Shown here: positions 48,743 through 60,769 of the stretch, piece by piece
Position numbering within the stretch: the first letter of the stretch is position 1
How the letters are laid out: each line of letters begins with the position of its first letter
Assembly: GCA_038087875.1 (NCBI GenBank)
Contig: CM075992.1
Coordinates: 9,736,001-9,800,000, forward strand
From: Malacoraja senta
Taxonomy: Eukaryota
Length of the DNA: 64,000 nucleotides
Direction: 5' to 3'
Position numbers and translations under genes: made by a program
Notes under the pieces: generated by a model
What the model was told of the DNA's origin: nothing
Database searches by the model: none
The model's input: only the letters and a program-made list of their open reading frames with translations

Positions 48743-48948
48743 CAGTGCATTCAGAAAGTATTCAAACCCCTTCACTTTTTCCACATTTTGTTACGTTACA
48801 GCCTTATTCTAAAATGGATTAAATTCATTTTTTTAATCATCAATCTACACACAATACCCCATAATAAAAAAGCAGAAACATGTGTTTAGAAATTATTGCA
48901 AAGTAATTAAAAATAAATAACTGAAATATCATACTTGCATAAGTATTC
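48743..48948 (+). mobile_element. Tc1/mariner IR/DR-type terminal repeat fragment
   Basis: TA then CAGTGCATTCAGAAAGTATTCAAACCCC...; the inner repeat AAGTATTC recurs at 48941. Confidence 0.75.
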
Positions 48949-49239
48949 TGATCAAAAACAACATCTATTATTTTTCTCTGGAGATGCTGCCTGACCCCTT
49001 GAGTTGCTCCAGCATTTTGTGTCTATGTAGGCATGATGTTATGCAAGGAATAGAAAGATATGGATCACGTGCAGGAAGAGGAGATTAATTTATTTTGCCA
49101 TTATGTTCAACACAGATATTATGAGCCGAAGAGCTTTCCTGCACTGTCCTGTTCTATATTCTAGGTATAAAGGCACATTTACAGATCAGCAAAGATCTTA
49201 TTCTACTGTGAAACAGACTCAAGAGACCTTCTCCTGTTC

Positions 49240-49753
49240 CCAGCATTTCAGAGGAAGCCAACATGACCAGCATCACAACCACAATAATGCAGCACCAACT
49301 TCGACGGACTGGCCATGTCATCCGCATGTCCAACACACGTCTCCCTAAACAAATCCTGTACTCTCAACTGAAGGAAGGTCGGTGAGCCCCTGGCGGGCCA
49401 AAGAAACGCTTCAAGGACAACGCCAAGAACAGTTTGAAGAAATGTCACATCACATCGAGCAACTGGGAGCACAATGCACTGGACAGGCTCTTGGAGGAAA
49501 TCCATGCAGGAAGGAGCTGCACGTCATGAAATGGAACTACGCCGTGTTGCAGAGACAAATTGACAGCACCTTAAGGAGAGGGAGAAAGGGGCTCGACGAC
49601 TACCAACCACCGCCAGTCTCCACTGCCCACGTTGCACCAAGGTGTGTGGATCGCGGATCGGCCTCTACAGACAATGGCAGACCCACAAGTAGACGACCCT
49701 ATGGAGAGGAGAGGACAGTCATACTCGTTTCGAGAGACCGCTGATGATGATGA
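49240..49753 (+). mobile_element. RTE-clade LINE 3' end
   Basis: QLRRTGHVIRMSNTRLPKQILYSQLKEG...KKRFKD, C-terminal CPRCTKVC...IGL, (GAT)n tail. Confidence 0.8.
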
Positions 49754-50061
49754 CAATAAAGTATTCAATTCAATGCAAGTTCAATCAGTGGCACTGGGAA
49801 TCTAGCATTTGCAGCTGAAACACAACATAGTTGAAAGTAATACTGGATGTGGGCATTCGCAATGCTCTGTCTCCACAGTGATGACAAGACACAAGGGACT
49901 GCAGATGCACAAAAGTGCTAGAGTAACTCAGCGGGTCAGGCAGCATCTCTGGAGGACATGGATAGGCAACAATTCAGGTCGGGAGCCTTCTTCACGCTGA
50001 ATATAGTAAAGGGAAGAAAGCTGAAAGAGAGGTGAAGATGAGACAAATTCAGGCATGTCAT

Positions 50062-50330
50062 AGTTTAAGTTTAGTTTAGTTTAGAGATACAATGCGGAAA
50101 CAGGCCCGACAGCCCATGAGTCCGTGCCGACCAGCGATCCACGCACATTAACAATATCTAACACACACAAGGGGCAATTTGCACTTATACCAAAGCAATT
50201 AACCTGCAAACCTGTACGCCTTTGGTGTGGGAGGAAACCGAAGATCTCGGAGTAAACCCATGCAGTAAACAGGGAGAACGTACAAACTCTGTACAGATAG
50301 CACCAGTAATCAGGATCGAGCCCGGATTTC
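50062..50330 (-). mobile_element. HE1-like SINE
   Basis: Reverse-complement tail and core. Confidence 0.75.
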
Positions 50331-50741
50331 CCTTAAAGTTACTTAAAGTTCAGTAATAATACTGAAATTCATTCAAAAAAAAAAAATCCTGGAAACACTC
50401 AGCCAGTCAGGCAGCATCTGCGGAGATCTGAACAGGGTTAACATTTCTCAGCGATGACCTGTCATCAAAGTTCTGTGGAGGAAAGAACTGCAGATGCTGG
50501 TTTGAATCAAAGATAGACACTAAATGCTGGAGTAACTCAGCAGGGCAGGCAGCATCTCCAGAGAGAAGGAATGGGTGACGTTACGAGCCGAGACCCTTCT
50601 TCAGACTTATCAAAGTACTATCAAAGTTTTGCGTTGCTGCTAGGTTTTGTGACACCATCGAAGGGGTCTACAGGAGTTGCTGCCTCAAAAAGGCAGCGAG
50701 CATCATCAGAGACCCACACCACCCTGGCCACACACTCAGAA

Positions 50742-51610
50742 CATCTGGGGGGCTGCATGATGGCTACCTCTGCCTACAGTCTGTTTGTTTTTCCATCTTT
50801 TTTAATTTTAGTTTGTTTAAAGTATGCTTTGGAGGATTTTTTTTCAGTAATTTACGTGGGGGAGGGGGGTAGGGTAAGGGGGAAACCGTTTTTCAGTCAC
50901 TTCCTGGCGAGGAAGCGACTATTCTCCAAGTCCTGTCCTCGCCACCCACCTCCTCGCGGAATACCAACTGGATTGGCACGGCCTTTCCTGCTGGGGACCG
51001 GACCAGAGCTTCAGCAGCGGCGGCGCAGCACTGGATACATCGCGGAGCGGGCGATGCCTTACCGGGATCGACGTTTGAAGCTCCGGAGTGTTGGGCCTGC
51101 TGCATCGACATCGTGGAGCTGTGGTTTGCGGAGCTCCCAGCGCGGGCGGCGCTGACCAACATCGCGGAGTCCTGGCATCCCTTTGCCGAGGGCCGCCAGC
51201 GTTGAATCTCTGCCCAGCTCGGCCTGTGGACTTGGGGAGCCGCGGACTCCGGTAGGAAGTGGCCGATTCGGAGGTCCAAGCCGCTGAGGATGTTCTCCGT
51301 TCTGACATCGGAGTTTCATCATCCCAGCAGGAGGGCCTGAACATCGGGCTGACCGTAGCGGCAACTGCGGGGGGCTCGGGAGGCCCCGACCATGGGTGAA
51401 CATCAAAGAACATCAACGAGGAGATTGACTGAACTTTGGTGCCTTCCCTCACAGTGGGAAACTTTGGGGATGTTTATGTTTTCGACTATCGTGTTCTGTG
51501 CTTTTATTTTTTTTATTCGTATGGCTGTATGGGGAAAAAGCATTTTGTTGTCTCTGTACTCGTACTCTGCACTATGACAATAAAGTTGAATCAAATCAAA
51601 TCAAAATCAA
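50742..51610 (+). mobile_element. GC-rich non-autonomous retroposon inserted in a Rex1 fragment
   Basis: Homologous to 20906-21749; tail ATGACAATAAA plus (AATCA)n; host CACCCTGGCCACACACTCA|TTTCACCCCTGCC rejoins. Confidence 0.75.
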
Positions 51611-51924
51611 ATTTCACCCCTGCCATCGGGATGAAGGTACTGGAGCCTGTAACGTCCAGGTTGAGGAGCAGCTTCTTCCCTACAACCATCAGGCTATACC
51701 GAAAAAGCTCCAAACTACATAGACTTTGGCGGCTTGTTTTTCATCTTTGCACCATTTTTGTTTGGAACTAAAAATATTGTTATTTATTATGGCGTTTACA
51801 GAGTATCATGTTTACATATCTGTTGTGTTGCTGCAGGTACAGATTAATAAATAATGAACGAATGAACAGAAAAATAAACAAGTTTATGGTGACACCATGC
51901 AGAAGTGGTCATCCTGCTGAATGG

Positions 51925-53750
51925 TCATAAGTGATAGCAGCAGAATTAGGCCATTCAGCCCATCAAGTCTACTCTGCTATTCAATCATGAATTTATCAAG
52001 AATCAATTTTAAGAATAAGGAGTAAGCCATTTAGAACGGAGACGAGGAAACACTTTTTCTCACAGAGAGTTGTGAGTCTGTGGAATTCTCTGCCTCAGAG
52101 GGCGGTGGAGGCAGGTTCTCTGGATGCTTTCAAGAGAGAGATGGATAGGGCTCTTAGAGATAGGGGATATGGGGAAAAGGCAGGAATGGGGTAATGATTG
52201 GGGATGATCAGCCATGATCACATTGAATGGCGGTGCTGGCTCGAAGGGCCGAATGGCCTACTCCTGCACCTATTGTCTATTGTGTATTGTCTATCATGGC
52301 TGATCCATCTCTCCCTCCTAACCCCATTCTCCTGCCTTCTCCCCATAACCCCTGACACCCGTATCAATCAAGAATCGATCTATCTCTGCCTTAAATATAT
52401 CTACTGACTTGGCCTTCACAGCCTTCTGTGGCAATGAATTCCACAGATTCACCAGCCTCTGACTAAAGAAATTCCTATTCATATCCTTCCTAAAAGCACG
52501 TCCTTTAATTCTGAGGCTACGACCTCTGGTCATAGACACTCCCACTAGTAGAAACATCCTCTTCACTTTATCCAAGCCTTTCACTAGAAGGATTTAATTA
52601 ATTTGGAAATAATGCAAAAGAGATTCATCAGTCTGAAGAAGGGTCTCGACCCAAAACCTCGCCAATTCCTTCTCTCCATAGATGCTGCCTCACCCGCTGA
52701 GTTTCTCCAGCATTTTTTGTCTACCTTCACCAAGATGATACCTGGGCTTGCAGGTTTGAGTTATAGGGAGAGGTTGAACAGGCTTGGACTTTCTTCTGTG
52801 AAGTGTAGGGGGCTGAAGGGCATTTTACTGAGGTGTGCAAGATCACGAGGGGCATGGATAAGGTGAATGCTCGTAGTCTTTTTCCCAAGTAGTGAATTCT
52901 AAAGCTAGAGGGTACAGGCTGAAGGGGAGAGGGGAGAGAATGAAGCCGGAACTCAGGGGTAACTTTTTCATTCAGAGGGTAGTCCGCATTTGGAATGAGC
53001 TGCCAGAGGAAGCCTTACAAGAGGATGCAATTTCAACTATCAATAGATTTTTGGACATATATAAATAGGAACGGGCCAAATGCATGCAAAAACATAACCG
53101 GAATCTCAGTCTGAAGAAGGGTCTCGACCCGAAACATCACCTATTCCCTTTCTCCAGAGATGCTGCCTGACCCGCAGAGTTACTACAGCATTGTACCTAT
53201 CTCCAGAATGCCAACTTGTTCAGAATGGGTAAGGTGGGACGAAGGGCCTGTTTCCATGCTGCACAGCTGGAAAGAGTAGAGAAAAGATTTACAAGGATGA
53301 GGCTAGGACTAGAGAGCCTGAGCTACAGGGAGAGGTGGAGTAGCCTGGGTCTCTATTCCTTGGAGCACAGGATGATGAGGGGTGATCTTATTGATGTGTA
53401 TAAAATCATGAGAGGAATAGATCGGGTAGATGCACAGAGTCTCTTGCCCAGAGTAGGGGAATCGAGGACCAGAGGTTCAAGGTGAAGGAGAAAAGATTTA
53501 ATAGGAATCTGCGGGGTAACTTTTTCACAGAAAGGGTGTGTATGGAACAAGCTGCATAGTTGAGGTAGTAGTTGAGGCTGGGTCTATCCCAACGTTTAAG
53601 AATCAGTTAGACATGTACATGGATAGGACAGGTTTGGAGGGATATGGACCCAGCGCTGGCAGGTGGGACTAGTGTAGCTGGGACATGTTGGCTGGTGTAG
53701 GCAAGTTGGGCCGAAGGGCCTGATTCCACACTGTATCACTATGACTCTAC
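51925..53750. mobile_element. Cluster of CR1 3' fragments (plus 52010-52290, minus 52295-52585, plus 52730-53060, plus 53262-53750) with PLE repeats
   Basis: FFSQRLVNLWNSLP, LERVEKRFTRM...RGDLIDVYKIMRG. Confidence 0.75.
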
Positions 53751-54234
53751 AGCTCTGTGACTGAGGGACTTCTAATCATGAGTCCTGTTGGCATCGGTGC
53801 AGGCTCGGTGATTCCAGGGTGCAACTCAATGTGATATTACCCGCCCCTCCGCAGTGGAGGTGGTCTTGCAGGTGCAAAGGGGGATCTTTATTTTCAAATG
53901 TCTACACGAAGCAGTGATTCTCTCTCTGAAAGATGGATCTGTGATTTGGCCCGAGAGCGAACTGCCTCCACGCTGACAGGACGAGTTATGTAGCAAGAGA
54001 ATTGACCAGCGTGGTGTTGCAGGTGCACAAACACAGCTGAAGCCTGTCCCAGTGCGATGGGAGAACATGGAACACAGTGTCAGCCCAAGTACTCCCCATC
54101 TGACCTCCTCCTGACTTGTGTCGCAAGAGAGAGGGGGAGGAACATGTTCAGATCGCAGTGCTGGGAATGATCTTGTGGGGACAGTGCACTGTGGGAGGTG
54201 GCAATCGAGATACCAAGGAAAGGTTCTCCGAAAG

Positions 54235-54715
54235 TTCAGTTTAGTTTGGTTTAGTTTAGTTTAGTTTAGTTTAGTTTGGTTTAGTTTATTGTCACGTGTA
54301 CCGAGCTACAGCGAAAAGCTTCTGTTGCGTGCCATCCAGTCAGCGGAAAGACAATGAATGATTACAATCAAGCCATCCACAGTGCACAGATACATGATGA
54401 AGGGAATAAAGTGAATAATGTTCAGTGCAAGATAACACCAGTAATGTCCGGTCAAAGCTAGTGCGAGAGTCTCATATGAGGTAGGTGGTAGTTCATGACT
54501 TCTCTATAGTTGTGGTCGGATGGTTCAGTTGCCTGATAACAGCTGGGAACAACTGCCCTTGAAACTGGAGGTGTGCGTCTTCACACTTCTGTACCTTTTG
54601 CTCAATGGGATTGGGAAGTAGAGGGAGTGACCAGGGTGAGACTGGTCCTTGATTATGCTGCTGGCCTTTCCGAGGCAGCGTGAGGTGTAAATGAAGTCAA
54701 TGAATGGGAGGTGGA
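54235..54715 (-). mobile_element. Rex1-type LINE 3' end
   Basis: YTSRCLGKASSIIKDQSHPGHSL plus 3'UTR ending GTGACAATAAACTAAAC. Confidence 0.8.
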
Positions 54716-54974
54716 CAAAAATGCTGGAGAAACTCAGCAGGTGAGGCAGCATCTATGGAGCGAAGGAATAGGTGACGTTTCGGGTTTGTGTGATGGTCTG
54801 TGAATAATCCCAAATATATAGAATCAAACATACAGCCCAATTTATTGTGCATTTTCAATCTATGAGACTGATTCCATTCGAGGCATGCTGCTCCCTTACA
54901 CATTGCTAGTGTGGCTTCTGTATTTGAATGTCCTTTGCCTGAGGAGCAATCACAGACCCAGAAAATGCACAGCT

Positions 54975-55551
54975 CCAGATTCAGGGACAGTTTCTTCCCA
55001 GCCGTTATCAGGCAACTGAATCATCCTACCACAACCAGAGAGCAGTGCTGAACTACCATCTACCTCTTTGATGGCCTTCGGACTATCCTTGATCGGACAT
55101 TACTGGCTTTATCTTGCACTAAACGTTATTCCCTTATCATGTATCTGTACACTGTGAATGGCTCAATTGTAATCATGTATTAATAATAATAATAATAATG
55201 GATTTTATTTACGGGCGCCTTATACCGAGGTCTCAAGGACACCATACAGAGATTTATAGAAAACATATAATCAGAGTTTTAAAAAAATAGGTTATAAAGA
55301 CCAATACATAAATCAGGGACAGAATTCCTTCCAAAAACACAAAAAAAAAGAAAATCAGAAGCACAATTTGAGGAGAGAGCAGCGGCAATTTAACGCCAGC
55401 GTCCACTCTCCCCTCCGACCGCCATCTTGAACACAGACTAACAAATACAATTACAAACAATTACATACAAAAATCATCCCCCCACAATGATTTCCACTGT
55501 GGGGGAAGGCACAATGTCCAGTCCCCAGCCCCAGTTCACCCAAAAAAAAAT

Positions 55552-55584
<33 letters not shown>

Positions 55585-55662
55585 ATTTGTCTTTCTGCTG
55601 ACGGGTTAGCGCGCAAGAAAAGGTTTTCACTGTACCTCGTTACACGTGACAATAAACTAAAC
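54975..55662 (+). mobile_element. Rex1-type 3'UTR split by a minus-strand insertion (~55181-55585)
   Basis: AATCATGTAT|TTGTCTTTCTGCTGAC rejoins. The same 3'UTR is seen at 20466-20660, 21850-22040, 25410-25540 and 42200-42365. Confidence 0.65.
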
Positions 55663-56288
55663 AGAACTGCCCTCTCCCCATAACCTCTGATGCCCGTCGG
55701 CTGCAGGAGGTGCCCCCGGGACACAGAGGTAGTCTGGCAGGCGAGGAGAGGGACGTGGGTTGGCGGGCCGTGCATGACGGAGGAGGCACTACAGCATCCT
55801 GGGACTCGCCTGGATCGGTAGCCACTCCAGCACATCCAGCACGTGGACCGGACTTTAGACTTTTGGTAAATGGCACCAAAATATGGTGACTCGTACATGT
55901 GCGAGTTATAGAGTCATGGAAACAGGCCCTTCGGCCCAACGTGCCCACACCGGCCAACGTATCCCAACTACACTAGACGCACCTGCCTGCGCTTGGTCCA
56001 TATCCCTCCAAACCTGTCCTATCCAAGTACCTGTCTAACTGTTTCTTAAATGTTGGGATAGTCCCTGCCTCAACTACCTCCTCTTGCGACTTGTTCCACA
56101 TACCACCTGCCACCCTTTGTGTGAAAGGTGCAAGAGGAATGTCACTGTGCAGTGCACACATGATGATGAAGCACCATTAAACCATTAGACCTGTAGCTGG
56201 GTGACTGAACCACACCCAGTGCTCCAAGTGCGGTCTTGTATAGTAACACCATGATATCAGAACTTTTGAAACTAACTAAACCAACTAA

Positions 56289-57675
56289 TGGCCCTGTCTC
56301 ACAGTGCGAGTTGACCCACGAGTGACCCCGAGTGAAAGACTCGTGGTTGTGTACGAGATTCCAAGTTTATGATCAAGAGTTTAACCGTGTTCCCACGGGG
56401 TATGACAAAGTTTGCCGTTTACTTGTCATTTCTGCGATGTTCCAAGTTCGTCTCCCGAGTTACCAAGTTCCTCTCCCGAGTTACTCTTGAGCCAACAACG
56501 TGTTGAAAAATAATCACATGGTAAAAATGACTTTGTTTTATTTAACTTTAAGTGTGGATTTATTTTTTTCATTTTAGTGTAAGTAATTTCATTGCATCTG
56601 TCTTTTCTTTAAAAAGTGGTTATCATGCATCTGCTTATCTGATGGTAGATCTCAAAACTTGCCATTGAGTGCTTTGCATTGTCTCTTTTATTGCCTGAAT
56701 TTAGGCTTGTGCTCCATTTCTCAGCTGAATGAGAGTATATACTGGAAATACTTATTTGTGCTTCATTTGTTGATTTGCAAGTTTGAGAAGCCCTTTTTCA
56801 GACCACTGTGTTGTTTGCTGTGGTGCTCCTTTTGTGCAAAAAAGTGTTTTTTATATTGAACAAGATGAATAAAGACTTTGTTTCACATTCACCATGCTGT
56901 TTGTCTTATTTTCTGATCTATTGAGAGTGGACAATTTTTAACATTTAAAAAGCACAGCATACGAGGCACCTGAGTCCTTAACTCTCACAAATGATTGTGA
57001 GAATCAAGATGTGAATATATTGTGCCACTTCCTCAATTTTGTGTTGTATGATGAAAGGAATATTACATTCAAGTCATGAGACTTTGTAGTGATATTAAAA
57101 TGAAGACTTCCAGACATCAATTTGATTTTGATAACAAAGAACTCTCTTTTATTGTGCAATGAAGTAAACAAACAGTGAGAATCAAACGGATTAGTAAAAA
57201 GCTTTTCAACACTTTAAGCTATTAGAAAAAGTGGGAGTATCCAAAAGAAACTAAAACATGCTCAAACAGGCAAAAAACAACATAAACATACAGATAAGAA
57301 TCAACATCAGAGGGATAATCTCCCAGGTCACTGTTCTCTGTCCAGCTGCCGAGTTCCGAGTGCCCACGAGTTAACACGGTAGACTCAAGAGTCACTAAGG
57401 TAAACTCACGGGCCACCAAGTTCTTACAACGAGTTTAAATGTTTCAATTTTTAACTTCAACAGTAAATTTGACTCGTGGAAAACTTTAAACATGTTTGAG
57501 ATTTTTCAAGAGTTAACAAGTTTCACGGGTACCTGCCGTTAGCGCAACGAGTCGCTAAGTTGTGTCCACAAGTTCCGACGTTCCCGCTACGTTAATCGTA
57601 CGTGATTACCACGAGTTTAAATTGTTTTAAACTCGGGGTCACTCGTGGGTCGACTCTCACTGTGAGACAGGGGTT
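56289..57675. mobile_element. PIF/Harbinger-type non-autonomous transposon (1.4 kb)
   Basis: TGGCCCTGTCTCACAGTGCGAGTTGACCCACGAGTGACCCCGAGT with its reverse complement at the right end; TAA TSD; many CGAGT/ACTCG subterminal motifs. Confidence 0.88.
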
Positions 57676-57759
57676 TAACTATCTAATCTGTTCCTGGTTC
57701 TCTCCTTTGTTCCATACCCAGCTGTTGGAAAGACCATGTGTCGGGGCAACCTGTCTTCA

Positions 57760-58065
57760 GACTTTAGACGACTTTAGAGATATAATGCGGGAACAGGGGC
57801 TTCGGCCCAACGAGTCAGTGCCGATTGGCAATCACCCCGAACACTAACACTGCCCAACACAAGCGACAATTTTACAATTTTTTTTTTACTGAAGCCAATT
57901 AACCTACAAACCTCTACGTGTAGGAGGAAACTGCACCTGGAGAAAACCCACATGGTCACAGGGAGAATGGTCAATCTCCATACAGACAGCACCGGTAGTC
58001 AGGCTGGAACCCGGGTCTCTGGCGCAGTGAGGCAGCAACTCTACCGCTGCGCCACCGTGCCGCCC
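57760..58065 (-). mobile_element. HE1-like SINE
   Basis: Ends CCGCTGCGCCACCGTGCCGCCC. Confidence 0.8.
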
Positions 58066-59109
58066 TATGTCAATGTATGAGATGTTGCCTGACCCACTGA
58101 GTTACCCCAGCACTCTGTATTCAATGTATGAGCACCAGGGACATTCCTCTCTTGGTCAAACTGTCCATGTAGGCTGGTGTATGGTCAGCCAGCATTCACC
58201 GACACATTTGAGTTGAAGCCAAAGACAGACACAAATTGCTGGAGTAACTCAGTGTCTATGGAGAGAAGGGATAGGTTGTTTTGGGTCAGACGGAAGAAGG
58301 GTCTCAGCCTGAAACGTTACCCATTCCCTCTCTCCAAGGATGCTGCCTGACCCGCTGAGGTACTCCAGCACTTTCTGTCAATCTTCAGTGTAAACCAGCA
58401 TCTGCAGTTCCTTCCTACACATTTGTGTTGTAGCCGACTGTAAGTCATGTGAGAGGTGGCAGGCAGGGGAACACATGCTCACAGTGTAGGTGTCACGGAC
58501 TGTGTTGCCACAAGGGACAGTATCAAAATGACTTAATTACAACACCAAAGTCAGAGGACTGGGATTTTACTTCGGAGTCACGTGAGTGACTACGTGAAGA
58601 AGACCCCATCCAGCCGCACATGCGTCATATCGATCAGACGCATAGCGTTCATGACCGTGTGTGGAGGAGCAGGAGCAAAGTTAAAGTAAAAGTTGGAAGG
58701 TAAGTGGTTTCATTTTCACTTACAGGGTGCTTTTCTTCCCGCTCAGACGCGTTGGTAGAGGTCCACACAAGTTACAATGGGAAAAGAGCATAGGGGAAGG
58801 AGAGGACAGGGACGCACCGCAGGTAAAACCCCAGATTCTAAGGGTAGCGGGCGTCAGGCAGAGGAGTCAGTGGCATCGAAGCCATTTAACTCCCGTTGCG
58901 GTCGAATGTGCTGTTAAACCGCCGACGGCGGGGCGCAAGGCTGGACAAAAGTCGGCCCGACCTGTAGACTCGGATGAGTCAGACCCGGAGGTATACCCTC
59001 CTGAAGCAGACAATATTATGGCTGCAAGGGTCGCTAGCTTAGAGCTCCTGAGGGGAAAAATTATTTACAAAGAACTCCCACAGGAGGATTTAGGTCGGTG
59101 TTGGCCAAT

Positions 59110-59207
59110 AAAGGATACATACATAGAATACATAGATACATAGAAAATAGGTGCAGGAGTAGGCCATTCGGCCCTTCGAGCCTGCACCACCATTCAATAT
59201 GATCATC
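59110..59207 (-). mobile_element. CR1 3' tail inserted in DIRS copy 3
   Basis: (CATAGA)n then AAATAGGTGCAGGAGTAGGCCATTCGGCCCTTCGAG. Confidence 0.8.
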
Positions 59208-59241
59208 ACAGGGTGTGCCTTGGATGGGACAGGCACAAGGG

Positions 59242-59440
59242 TGGCCTACAGGAGAGCCATCAGAAATACCTGTGCAAAGCTATTACAGTGGTTGGCCTAC
59301 AGGAGAGCCAGTGCCAGAAATGCCCGCAAAAAGGCAATATATGTGCTGGCCTACAGGAGAGCCAGTGCCAGGAATGCCCGTAAAAAGGCAATATATGTGC
59401 TGGCCTACTGGAGAGCCAGTACCAGAAATGTCTGAGCAAA
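59242..59440 (+). repeat. 54-bp tandem repeat in DIRS gag region
   Basis: TGGCCTAC(A/T)GGAGAGCCA units at 59242, 59293, 59347 and 59401. Confidence 0.9.
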
Positions 59441-59601
59441 GACTGTACAACTGTACATATGTGCCAGCACCGACAATTTCAAAAGAAAACATTATGAAGC
59501 GTTGGCCTAGAGTTGAGCCAGCTCCAGCAGCACCTGAAACAGGGCTGCCTATCCGTGGGCCTACAAGAGAGCCCGCGCAGGGGGAATCTGGCAGAGACTT
59601 A

Positions 59602-60184
59602 AAGGCCTGTCTCACGAGTCTGCGGTCATTGGCGGCGAAACGGGAAGAATCTGCCGCCATAGACCGCGCACTCGTGAGAACGCACAATTCCGGGGCCGTG
59701 CGGCGGTGTTCCCAACACCGCTCGGTGCTAAAATAAAACCTACACTGTTGAAAACTATATTCTTACCGCACAACCTCCACCAGTGATGCATGAGTGCGGC
59801 ACGGCCGCCCGCACGGGCCGCCGCCAGTGTGGCTCAAGCACTGTGCGTCAAACTTCCACTGCCACAGCCTCCGCCAGTGAGGCACGTGTGCGGCACGGCC
59901 ACAGGCACAGCCACCGCTACAGCGCCGCGATCAGGACGGCCGCCGCCACAGCCGCCGCTAGTGAGTCACGTGCGGCGGGCCGACGTCATCGCACTCGGCC
60001 CGCCCTATTTTTTACTTACCGCACGCACGTGGGACCCGCCGTATTTGAATCACTCGGCCCCCGCGCAGCATCCGTGCGGCGCTCCCATGGATAGGATCGG
60101 CGCTCTCACCGTTGCCGTGCAGTCCACTCTACAGGCGAAGCCGCGCTTCACCGCCGATGACCGCAAACAGGTAAGACAGAGCCT
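59602..60184. mobile_element. PIF/Harbinger-type MITE inserted in DIRS copy 3
   Basis: AAGGCCTGTCTCACGAGTCTGCGGTCATTGGCGG / CCGCCGATGACCGCAAACAGGTAAGACAGAGCCT; TTA TSD. Confidence 0.75.
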
Positions 60185-60769
60185 TTACCTGGAACAGGGG
60201 AGCCAGAAATTACCCAACATAAAGATGAATATCTAGATTCAAATGATGATTTATATCAGGACCAGATTCCATTATCAGAGCTAAAATGTTCCAAGGCTGG
60301 CACAAAAGTTTGCTGTTCCCACAGTAACAGGGGAACCTTTGAGAGAGGAAATAGCTATGACTATAAATTATCTACTCTCCCATCAGCCCCAGGAATTAAC
60401 TATGGAGGTATTGGATGAAGATTTTATATCGGATTCACAACAAAATGCCTTAGCACTCATGTGTAGTGTGCACTTTGAAATAAATTGTATTCGTGAAAAT
60501 ACAATAACACAAAATATTCATCCTAAGTATGCAGGCTCTGCAAACCATCCAATATACAAATGCCTAAATCTGCTTTTTGGAGAAAATCTAGCAAAGAAGC
60601 TAAAGGATTATCTATGCTGAGCAGAGCAGTGCAAAATGCTACAGGCGAAATGCTGGTGCAGGAGAAGAAACAAACCAATCATTCTCGTATACACGTTGAC
60701 GTGCTGCACCAAGGATATGTGGAGGTTACAATGTGCATACTAGAAGGGGACAACAATTGCCGGTGGCAA

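Noticed and set aside
50571..51452. Overlapping 115-194 aa ORFs (likewise 6294-6973, 21057-21631, 22283-22966, 59783-60236)
   Set aside because: These are GC-rich repeat bodies with few stops; there are no domain motifs and frames are not consistently conserved between copies.
59242..59440. CRISPR-like regularly spaced repeats
   Set aside because: The intervening sequences are themselves repeated, the context is eukaryotic and no cas genes are present; this is a coding minisatellite.
60168..60176. CAG|GTAAGA splice donor within DIRS copy 3
   Set aside because: It is part of the right TIR of the inserted Harbinger MITE.
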